DNA of 64,000 nucleotides from the NCBI GenBank assembly GCA_024679065.1, contig JAGIQG010000032.1, positions 13,578,001-13,642,000 on the forward strand, given 5' to 3'. This DNA comes from Sphyrna mokarran. Taxonomy: Eukaryota. How positions within the stretch are numbered: position 1 is the first letter of the stretch; each line of letters begins with the position of its first letter. The notes beneath the pieces were generated by a model. It was not told the DNA's origin. It saw only the letters and a list, made by a program, of their open reading frames with translations, and did not search any database. The position numbers were made by a program, and so were the translations under genes. Of this stretch, positions 53,293 through 64,000 are shown in pieces.

Positions 53293-53952
53293 TAGAATCA
53301 TAGAATCCTTACGGTGCAGAAGGAGGCTGTTTGGCCCACCGGGTCTGCACCTAAAACAATCTCACTCAGGTCATATTCCATAAACCATGTATTTACCTAA
53401 CTAATCCCCCTGACAATTTAGCATTGCCAATCCACCGAGCCTGCACATTTTTGGACTGTGGAAAGAAACCGGAGCACCCAGAGGAAACTCACGCAGACAC
53501 GGGGAAAACGTGCAGGCCCCACATAGACAGTGACCCAAACCAAAAATCACATGTGGGTAGCACTGTAGCACAGTGGTTAGTACTGCTGCTTCACAGCTTC
53601 AGGGACCTAGGTTCAATTCCCGGCTTGGGTCACTGTCTGTGTGGAATTTGCACATTCTCCTCGTGTCTGTGTGAGTTTCCTCCAGGTGCTCCAGTTTCCT
53701 CCCACAGTCCAAAGATGTATGGATTAGATTGATTGGAAATGCTAAAATTGCCCCTTATGTCCTGAAATGCGTAGGTTAGAGGGATCAGCGGGTAAATGTG
53801 TGGGGAATACGGGAATAAGGCCTGGATGGGATTGTTGTAAGTGCAGACTCGATGGGCCAAATGGCCTCTTTCTGCATTGTAGAGTTTCTATGATTCTAAT
53901 CTGGGTCCCTGTTGTTGTGAGGCAGTAGTGCTCACCACTGTGCCACCATGCC
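53293..53952 (-). mobile_element. HE1-like SINE interrupted by a second HE1-like SINE
   Basis: Tail and core at 53293-53548; its tRNA head resumes at about 53898-53952. Confidence 0.85.
53553..53897 (+). mobile_element. Full-length HE1-like SINE nested in opposite orientation
   Basis: A box tagcacagtgg, B box ggttcaattcc, core and CR1-type tail ending ctatgattct. Confidence 0.9.
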
Positions 53953-55959
53953 AAATACTTAAAGATGAAAGATAGCAGGAGATAAAGGGAAAGAGCAGAG
54001 GAGTGGGACTAACTGGATGACTCTTTTAAAGAACTGGCACAGACAAGTTGGGCCAAATGGCCTCCTTTCATGCTTCAAATTTCTATAATTTTAAGCAACT
54101 GAAACTCGAGTAGGTGCTGAGAGAGAAAAATGGTTTTATGGCTGCAAAGTCAGTTTAGCGATTGTAAAACAGGACAACAACAGGATGGGTGCAGCTTGAA
54201 ATATTTCAGAGAGATAAACCTGCTAGCAATTCCTTATTATTTAACTCTTTACACTGCTAGGTGTCCTTCACAGATTTCAGAATCCACTTCCTTCTGTCAT
54301 ATGGTATCATCTGCAAAGCCAATTTGCTATTCATTTCCAGAGATGAACATAGTTAAATTGGAGAGATACATGGAGCTGAATTCTTGTTAATTTTCAGACA
54401 GACTGAAAATTTCTAAAATGAGAAAGAAATGCCAACACAGCTATCGTAGGTTAATCCAATCACAAATAGCAGCATTCGCATAAAACGGCCTGGGCAGGAT
54501 CAGATTTATCAGCTTGTTGTCCTAATGAAAATAATGAAAGTTCTTCATTGTGAAATTAATTAGCACTTGTAAACTTCAATTGTCAGAAAGATAACGATCC
54601 AGGTCTTCTGTGCTTGAGACAGGAGCTGTTGCAATCTGGACAGCGTTGTGGAAATGAGGCATATATGAGAATGGCTGAGTTCAAACCGGAACACCTTCAG
54701 GTATTTAAGTATTGGGAGTTTTGCAAAAGTGGGTTAAATACAAGTTTCGATTCCAGGCTGGTATGAAATTCATTACGGAGAGCGAGCAATAGCACAGACA
54801 AAACTTCTCCTTCTCCAGCTCTTGCAGCCTATCGTCCATGTTCCGCATCACTGGGGACTTGGAGCTGGTTGCATGAATTTGATGCACCAAAAACTGTCTT
54901 CCTGACCACACTTCAGCTGTCATTGAATTTGGGAAGATAGTCATTTCTTTCATTATGTAAGGAAATAGGAAGAGGGGACTTAGAAGCCATTCAGTCCTTT
55001 GAACCTGCTCTGCCATTCAATGAGATTATGGCTGATCTCATGTCCTGTCAGCACCTCCAAAATCCTCAACTCCCTTCTGAATCAAAAATGCTAATTCACT
55101 CTTAAATAAATTCAATGACCCAGCCTCCACTGCTTTCTGGGGAAGAGAATTCCGGACAAAAAAATTATCCTCAGAGAAAATAACTCTCCTCTATCTTAAA
55201 CAGGAGACCTCTTATTCCTATAATACACCCCCTATTTCTAGCCTCTCCAAAACGAGGAAACCACCTCCTGGTACCCATTCTATCACATTCGCTTCGGATT
55301 TAATCTGTTTTGGTAAGAACACACTTCATTCTTCTAACTCTGATGACTGTTGGCTCAACCTGTTTAATCTTTCTTCCTATGATAAGCCCCTCATCTTGGG
55401 AATGAGTTAAGGGATCATTCAACCTATATAGAGCCATAGGTATTGAATAGCTATTGTTGGACGTGAGCTAAAAGAAAAGTGGCAGAGCACGAAAAGGGGA
55501 CATGTCCGCTCTCTGTCCGACTCCAAAAATTTAAGTAGGCCAAAATAACTGTGGGATTTCATCCTTATGAAAAGGATTTTCAATATGTTGCCTAATTTGA
55601 GACACTCTTATTTTGGGATGCCAGCTTCTAGCACTCTGAGCCAACTCTCTGTTAGCCTGGCTGATTACAGTGCAAGCAGAGGTCAACCAAAGGCAAGGTT
55701 CTCTCACATCAACCTATACATTCTTTGATTCTATTATGTTATTATTCAACCCTTGTTCCATTGAGTTACTGAGAAAAATACTTTAAACCTGGAATAGCTA
55801 TACAACAATGGTAATAGCAGGGAGCAGCAAAATGTCAGAAAGCCTTGGGCTCAGAGCTTTTCAACCCAGGCTGGCTAAAGGAATATCTAGTGATATGCAG
55901 GCAACAGAACTGTAAGTGCAAATTATGTTTTGGCTCTCTTTGATTTTTTTTTAAAAGTG

Positions 55960-56290
55960 TGTTTGACAGGTTTGATACTGAGAAGCTGTTTCTTCTCAGA
56001 CTAGGGGGTCAAATTCTCAGGATAAGACATGGGCAATTAAAGACTGAGATTAGGAAAAATGTCTTCAAAGGGTTGTGAATCTTTGGTCTTCTCTATCCCA
56101 GAGGGCTGTGTATACTCAGTTGTCGAATATATTCATGATGGAGATTGATGGAGTTTTGGACAGCAATAGAATAGAGATATAATGATTGGATGGGAAAGCG
56201 GATTTGAGATAGAAAATCAGCCCTGATTGTACTAAGGGGGAACCAGGCTTGAGGGGCCACCTTGCTTATTCCTGGTCCTATTTCAGGGAA
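55960..56290 (+). mobile_element. Old CR1 LINE 3' fragment
   Basis: gagaagctgtttc...gactagggggtc...aagactgagattagg...gggttgtgaatctttgg...gagggctgtg; similar to about 27760-27950 and 41060-41250. Confidence 0.6.
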
Positions 56291-56779
56291 CAGTCACTCC
56301 ACTTCTCAACCGTCATAGTGTTTTAATTTAAATGTAGCTTAACTTAGATAGCATGAATGTGCAACACATTTATTAAACTGTAACTTCCTTTTTGCAAAAT
56401 TGCCTATTATGTGGCACTTGCATTGAATTTGTTTGGTAACCTATGAATAAAGTAACCTGTCCTGATTACACTCTTCCCCATCGTGCCCAACAATCAGCGC
56501 TGGAATTCTACTGCCCTGCCCGCCATGGAATTGGAGTGGCAAGGGGTGGACGACGGAAACGTCTGTTGACCTTGGGCAGAAATTTCTGCTCTTGCTCAAG
56601 CGACAGAACACTAATACTTAGACATACTGGTGTTCGGAACAAAGACCACTTCAGTTCATTCCCTTAAGTCATTTTAATTCAATTGATTGACAAATCTCTA
56701 GGAGGAAAGCCTTCAAAACTCTGGCTAACAGAGAGAGACTAGCAAACTCTGTGTTCATTTCCTTACCTGGATTGTCAGG

Positions 56780-57140
56780 CAGCAGTGGGTAAAATACAAA
56801 TTTATAGTTGCATCTCTGGGCCAAGGAAGGAAAAAAAGTGACCTATTTCAGTTTAAATGGTTAAATCCCTCCACTAAAAGAGCAAGGGAATGAATGCCAT
56901 ATGAGTGCATTGGCCATTTTCCCCATTGACAATACCGACAGTCATTTCTGGCCTGATTTTTACTCACAAAGTACACATGGAGGCAACATGATCAGGGTTG
57001 TAACAGTCCCTTGATCAAACAACCCACTGATATTCATTGTCCAAGCTCAGTGACATAACCATCTATGTCAGTTACTGCAATTGCAGAATGATCCACTGAA
57101 TGCAGCCCAACAAACCATTGCCTTTGGAGAGAGAGAAGGG
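56780..57140 (+). mobile_element. Highly diverged ancient SINE-like repeat (family not identified)
   Basis: Loose similarity to about 19500-19620 (+) and 12460-12720, 3400-3540 and 30920-31010 (-). Confidence 0.3.
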
Positions 57141-57715
57141 AGAGAAAGAAAATCACAAGCATTTTGAATGACAAGCAATTGTGATAACAAAAGTCCATAG
57201 ATTAATACAAATAAAGAACAGAATTGTGACCCTATTCACTACAAAGCTATAATTTCCTTCTTACTTTGTCCTATTTGGCAAACTGTAATCAAAAAATCAT
57301 TTTTAAAACAATTTGTGATAGATTACATGTTATACAATGAATAAAAGATCAGCGCTCAAAGGGACAGCAGAAATCCAATAAGGTGATTAATGGTTGGATA
57401 TCAACAATGCCACAGCAGGGAACAGATTGCTACCTTAGTTCAGCTCATGGCACCCATGCCACTCTGTTTACATCAAACTATTTTCAAGCTACATTATCTT
57501 CAATGATGCCATGCATCACCTGCATTGGTGGTAAGTTCTCCAATATTAATACTTTCATATTGACAGTTTGAATAAACTATTTGTCTTTTTAAAATTATTA
57601 TTCACTTGTCCCTCTAGTGATATTCATGATGATGCAACATTGGTGCATCAGTGAATAGCCGACCACTGAACATTGCCAACAGTATACATAACATTCAAAT
57701 CATCGATCTACAATT

Positions 57716-58030
57716 CATAGAATTAGAGAATCCCTACAGAGCAAAAAGAGGCCAAAGAGCCTATTGAGACTGCACTGACTGTCTGAAAAAGCATCTTGCC
57801 CAGGCCGACCCTGCACCCTATCCCTGTAACTCATAATCCCCCTAACTTACACATTTGTGGACATTAAGGAGCAATTTAGCATGATCAATCTATCTAACCT
57901 GCAAATTTTTGGACCATGGGATAGGAAACCAAGAAGAATGTGCAAACTTCACACTTCACTCAAGACTGGAACTGAATCCAGGTCCCTGGTGAATGAGGTG
58001 GCAATGCTAATCACTGTGCCATCGTGCCAT
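57716..58030 (-). mobile_element. HE1-like SINE
   Basis: gcaatttagcatg...aacctgca...gaatgtgcaaactt...caggtccctgg...tgctaatcactgtgcca. Confidence 0.8.
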
Positions 58031-58565
58031 CCTTATGCATTGATGAAGACCAGTTGGGTAAAGGCATTCTCTATTGTGCAATAGAGCCATACACATTAAG
58101 TTGCTCACAAGTACAAACCTCTGGCCCACGGCAAGTTTGCTGATCTCAGTTATAGTTGTGGTAAAGAGATAATTCCCTGTGTGCGTGTTTAGGAATAAGC
58201 TCACCTAGTGACACTCAACAGCTGGAAAACATGTGGATGTTAAGTGGGAAGAAAACTGAATGACTCTCTTTAAAGTTGCATGCATCTTCAATGCTAGTTA
58301 ATGAATAAGCACTTGGATGCGGTGCTATCAAGCTGTGCCACAATGCAAGCCAATAATTCAGAGAAGAAGATATTGATATACAAATGATAGCTGAACACAT
58401 ATGATAGCATAATGGAGCCTGCTGGTGGGTTTGTAGACCACTTCAGGTGTATCTGACCTACCAGAACCTCCACTATACCAACTCCAAATACCCCTGACTG
58501 CCCACCCTGAGCAGCAGCTGCCCCTGACTGACAGCAGATTCCAGGCAGCCTGCCCCTGATTTTCT

Positions 58566-58940
58566 TTTTCATTCATGGGATGTGGGCATCGCTGGCTGGC
58601 CAGTATTTATTGCCTGTCCCTGGCTGCCCTTGAAACTGAGTGGCTTACTAGGTCATTTCAGAGCACAGTTAAGAGTTAATAACATTGCTGTGTCTCTGGA
58701 GTCACCTGTTGGCCAGACCAGTAAAATTTCCTTCCCTAAAGGACATTAGTGAACCAGATGAGTTTTTCTGACAATCAACAGTGGTTTCATGTCATCAGTA
58801 GATTCTTAATCCAGATTTTTTTTTATTGAAATCAAATTCCATCACCTGCTGTGGAGGGATTCGAACACAGGTCCCCAGAATATTAACTGAGTTTCTGGAT
58901 TAATAGTCTAATGATAATACCACTAGGCTATCGTCTCCCC
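58566..58940 (-). mobile_element. Full-length tRNA-derived SINE, second family
   Basis: Homologous end-to-end with 28828-29185. Confidence 0.8.
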
Positions 58941-60560
58941 AGACTGACTGCTAATGCTTTGCAGCAACCTATTCTTGTGGTTACTTTGCAGCAACCATCC
59001 TCAACAGTGCTGATTTTTCCCAGCATTTTCGACATGGAAATTTCAAGCCAGCTTAAAAAAAAAATCAAGCAATTGTCTACAATAGACAGAAGGTCATTGG
59101 GCAGAGCTCTACCATCTTGCTCGCCACGGAATCAGCGTGAGCGAGGGTCCAACAACAGAATTTTCCATTGACTCTGGGCAGGAATTTCTGGTCGCGCCTG
59201 AGCAAGGCTGTAAAATCTCGACCATCAACTGGAATTGTTTTACTACCTGAAACATGTGCTGAGGTGTCCAGAGTGAAATTTTTTCCCAAATGAGTTTTGT
59301 GCTGTTTTGACATGCTGAATCATAGGGAGAGAAGGAAAAATAATGAAGCCATTTGTTCCACTGGCATTCCTGTATCAGTTTGATTCAAAGATTTCAGTGT
59401 TATGCTTATAATTTCCTTTGGCAAATTTAAATAATACAACTACTTTCATTGCTGCAAAAAAAAACTAAAGACACGTGGGGACAGATAGACGGTGCCTTTT
59501 CTCAGTTTTCTCCTGTGCTGAAAATCATTCGACTGTTCCGGAATAAGGAGAAAGCCATAAGGGGCACTTGGAACAGAGAAGTACTGGAATGGAATGATAA
59601 CATAACTGCAAGAATTCATTATTCACAGATGAGAACACATCAGTGTTATAAAGTGTGTCACGGCTGACAGTGAGACAGAATAAAAACCTCCACTTGTGAG
59701 GCCGCTTAGAGCTCACTCGTGGTTTCACCACTTGGAGGTGGGTTCACATGTTGAGACATTTATCACATCACATGGCTGGCCAAGATCCTAGGTATCTGTT
59801 CAGATATGCTAGGGGGGTGAAAGTGCATCGGATACACGACTACCCTGTGACTGTTGCTCTCTCTCGGCGTCGGGACTGCCTATCAAACAGGCTCTGAAGC
59901 TGGTCTCTGTGAAGAAATCAGATCTCCAGCAGAGACTGTGCAGTTAGCATGTATTCAAAGCAGGACTGCCACATTACTGCAAATCAGCACAGTGATTTTA
60001 CAAATGAGAAGTGGCATTTATGCAATCAATGAATGCAGCATCATTTTGAGGACCGGCAGCTGATAGACAACCAGGCATCTAAATGCAGAAATACACACCT
60101 CTGATTGTTGGCCTGATTGCAATTAAATAGAAAATATGCAGTTCTAATTCTATTTGCATGGTTGAAATATTTCAGGGGCTGTCTATAACTAGCTGAACCC
60201 TATTAATATCAGGCTAAATGACCCATGCCCATGTTGTTTCAGTGTCTCAAACTGAGCACGGTCAGCATCATTCGCAAGACGTGAACTTGTTGCCAATGAA
60301 GCAGAGTCTGATTCATCACACTGATAAGTCAGTTAAAATCAGCAAACAATAGGTTTGATCAGGTGACAGTGGATCTTAATGAGGGTCAGGGCTGTTGGTG
60401 GCAGTTTATAAAACAACATGTCACTTTTGCTCTTTGAAGACATTGAAAAGCACAGCGTATATGGTTGTCAGATCCCACTAAATGAAACGTCGGTTACAAG
60501 TAATTGAAGAGTCGTGTCACCTTGCACCATCCAAGGTCACTGCCAGTTTGTGATACCCAC

Positions 60561-60684
60561 CAGGATGACCTTCTCCATTTCTTTAGCTGGACACCAGTGA
60601 AACATCCCAGTGGAATCATATTTCTTCACGTTGGCGTCCATTTCCTCTATCTGATCATTTCCTGGAATTGACAAGGGGTCGTGC
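60561..60684 (-). CDS. KCNMA1: KCNMA1 exon, end of the RCK1-RCK2 linker (124 nt, phase 2/0)
   Basis: tctctgcag|G CAC GAC ... ATC CTG|gtgggt; translates [41 protein letters not shown]. Absent from the ORF track. Confidence 0.97.
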
Positions 60685-63600
60685 CTGCAGAGACAAGGGA
60701 ATCAAGGCAAAGAGTTGTCTATCAGCCTGACACCTCACTCAATCTGCTTTGACCAGTTGACAAGTTACTGCTGGCCAGGAACACATTTAGTGAACACGAG
60801 GGGTTTAATTTACAAGCAATTGCATTACTGCAGTACTTACTCTAGCCAGCCACACCCTCCCTGCCACCCACCCCCCCTGAAAAAAGAACCTGATCAAAAG
60901 GCAGACATTAACTGCAGCAATGAGGTGAAATAGATAGAGACAGAGCTTCACGCTGGCTGAGTGGCATGAAGATGAAAAGCCAATTACAGGCTTTTACCGC
61001 ATACAACTTCCGATGCTGTTCTCTGTGCAATAAAAGCTTTAACAGGGTACACTTGATATATTTTAGCAATTTTACCCCCATCATATTTTGCTTTTTTGAA
61101 AACTGGAAGCCATTAAAGTTTCAGAGGATGTCAGCTCGGAGCAGATTGATTAATTTACATCTACATTGCGAGCAGATGATTTTTCTCCAGAAGAACACTG
61201 AGTATAAAAGTGGTCCTCAGCAGCTGCCACCTGGCCATCAACGCCTGCACTTCTAACATTTCACTGCATTCTGCACATCCATCATTCACTAGCAGCTGTC
61301 ATCCCAAGTCTCTGTCTTGAATAGTCAGCAATAGAGCTTTAAAAACCCCTTTTCATTCTGACCTTAGCTGAAACTCTACCAGAATTCCCATTACTTCAAA
61401 TTCCATCTCTTTAGGGGTAATTACACCTGCGACATACCTTTCTTCAACCTACATAAGTTGCACTTAAGACAAAATTTTCAATGCACACGGCAACCCTGAT
61501 CAGACACCTGAAATGAGATTATTTTCAATTCTAAAGCTGTAAATTTTATAAGTCTACCGCTATATTTATTAGTAAATGAAACACTGGACAAAGGCTAGAA
61601 TATATATTTGCACGATTCAACAATTCTGTCTTTTAAACGTATAGTGAGGATTCAATAAATGCAAAAAGGGGCTAGCTATTTAACCCTTTCACCTGGAGAG
61701 GTTCACACTGTGAGTCCTTTATTGACCCTGGAGTTGTTGTGTGTAATGTACTGTTTGTACCGCAGACCTCTCTTGTGTAATGCAGTGTTCAGTGCTGATA
61801 GCTCCCCAGTGTAATGCGATGCTTCATATAGTCTGAGGTGAGCACTGTAGACATTTGAGAATATTTACTACATGGAATTAATTAGACAGTGAAAGTACCT
61901 TTGCATAAGTACAAGGTTGGGACTGTCTGTCCATCATTAGCTTCAATGGGTTAAAAGAGAAAGCTTAGAATTAAATTTCAGTTGCTCTGTGTGGATTTAA
62001 ATTAACCTGCTTTGAAAGTGCAACTTACTAATTAAAAAAAAGCTTTATTCTGGCTTTGTTTAATTTTTGTACATTTTTGATGTATCTTTAGTGTCCCTTA
62101 ATATAAATAGTTGCTCACTAATGAATTTATCATTGAAAATAGTGTCCTGTAGCAAGGCAAGAATGTGCTGTCAAATCTGCTACAGGCAAGGGCCCGTTTG
62201 GAACATTGCATCCAACCATGCAGCTCAACGAAGAGTAGAAATTGTGGGTAATGTACTATGAGTGCACACTAACCAAGCTGCCTCACAAGCAACAGCCAGA
62301 AGCAAAACCACAATCCTATCCAGTAATGTTGCTGGGGATAGATTTCCTGCAGATCCGACAAAATATTGCTTCTCGCTTGGCATTTCAGTCATGCCTGCTC
62401 GAAACCTTGCACGTTTATTTAATTTCCCCCCTCGTTTTCTACATTCCACACTCTCAGTCCTTCACAATCATCATGACAAAACATTTGTCTATTAAAATGT
62501 TCGTCGCCTAGATGCATGCAGTCAGTGCAGGTGCTAATAACTGCGAAACCATTTAGTGATTTTACACCATGGCTGAATATTTCATGACGCTCTGTGTGTT
62601 TCACGATTTAGTCAATGGACCTCTGTCACTTCAATCTTTGCTGACTGCCTTGACTGGCGCAATAAAGCTCCGCCAAGATAGCTATCTTTCACCAACTGTC
62701 ACTCATTGCAGCCTGTCACTGGCAAACTCTTGTTGAACGCTACTACTCACAGAGAATAACTACGACATTTGTTACACCGTAATGCTCTGTTCTGATGGAT
62801 TTGAACAAATGCGTTGTGATTAATAGACCCAACATTCACCGACTACAATTAGAAGCAAGTATCCGATGACCCTCTGAAATCCAACAGAATGGTATTAATT
62901 TCATGTAAAGAATGTCAGACTGGCACTCGTTAGAACTTGTTATACTGAAGGCTCAAACAGTTCTGTGCTTGGCGTTCAAGCTGCGTTTAGCAATTCCAAT
63001 GTGATGCTGACTAGACAGCACTAGCAGGGGATGACTATTCTTGCTCAGTCCCTCTCCACCAGGCAATGAAAGCAGGCTGCTCTTTGAAATTTTCCATTCC
63101 CATCATGCAAACTGACAAAGGCATGCTTTTCAAAACCCACTTCCAAACTGTTGATCATTACTTATTTACTAAGGCCTTGAGGCATGTGTGCCTGCAAAAA
63201 CCATATTTGATACAATACATACCAGCTTATTCACCCTTGTGCAATAAGCACCCCTTAGGCTGACTTAAACCGGCACTTAATATTGCCCATAAAACGTAGC
63301 TTGTAATTCCAAAATATGTAATATTTAAGGTATAATATTTCTGCAGGAAAAGGATTTCTGAAGGGTTCGGTGACTCTGTGTTCAGTAATTCTCTGTTTTG
63401 CTGTGGGCTATGAGTTAAAAAAACTGCACCAAGCATAGACGACCTGTCATTTCACTACCCAAGGGCCACTAATATAAAGGAGTACCCTACAGCAGCAAAA
63501 CTTCGGCACAGCTTTGAAGCGTACGAGAACAGCAGAACTTGCTCCCTAGAATTATTACTGCATGCAGATCAAAAGAGCCAATGCATATTTTACATGGTAA

Positions 63601-64000
63601 ACAGGGACCCTCTGCTCATCTGTGAAATGTTTGGAGTTTCTGTAAACCTGAAGCAATCTTCATGTAATATCGTTTCATATGCTAAGTGGATGAAGCTGTT
63701 TACTTGTCTAACATTGTACGCACTTTAATCCTTGACACAGGAGCCGCACAGTATCCATCACAGCTCTTCTTCTACCTTACCCCCACCAATTATTAGCTTC
63801 TCCTTCTTTCCTCTGAGTCAAAATCAATTAATGCCAAATTAATACAAATGGACAAGATAAAAGGAATGTAGAAAATTTGGGTTCATTTTTCATTGCGCCG
63901 CCATATCTCACATATGGCCTAAAGTACAGAAAACAGGACTCGAAGGGCTTCGCGCAAACGGTGAATAGCCTGAGGCAGAGTAACCGTATGAGTCTCTCTG

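Noticed and set aside
53553-53625. tRNA-like sequence with A and B boxes
   Set aside because: It is a SINE head that continues into the SINE core; no complete cloverleaf.
54705-55016. 103-aa minus-strand ORF with protein-like segment SSKSPVMRNMDDRLQELEKEK
   Set aside because: It starts inside a CR1 tail, has no convincing in-phase acceptor/donor pair, and shows no recognisable homology.
62225-62604. Minus-strand ORFs considered as STREX or other upstream KCNMA1 exons
   Set aside because: No similarity to STREX or the LEDEQ...SPKLMR exon, and the candidate acceptor gives a stop in phase 2. Those exons should lie beyond position 64000.

Overview
This is vertebrate genomic DNA, very likely from an elasmobranch (shark), judged by the HE1-like SINEs, CR1 LINEs and Deu-domain SINEs. 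The whole window lies inside KCNMA1 (Slo1, the BK Ca2+-activated K+ channel alpha subunit) on the minus strand. Seven coding exons can be delimited with GT-AG boundaries and consistent phases. They cover the end of the RCK1-RCK2 linker, most of RCK2, the alternatively spliced 'Ca27'-type cassette exon (28 aa here) and the calcium bowl. The gene's start and end lie outside the window. The introns (0.6-28 kb) are full of SINEs, CR1, L2 and Rex1/Babar LINE ends, Penelope-like palindromes and MITE-like pieces, and most short ORFs in the track are noise. The most notable observations are three: (1) the cassette exon looks like a preserved partial duplicate of the preceding exon; (2) two unannotated candidate exons in the 28-kb intron are each disruptive alone but jointly in-frame (+41 aa); (3) a SINE-in-SINE inverted repeat and a Penelope palindrome with a decayed hammerhead-like core are present. 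Candidate exons are sequence-only hypotheses. Repeat names, repeat boundaries and comparisons to other species come from recall and eye alignment, not database searches.
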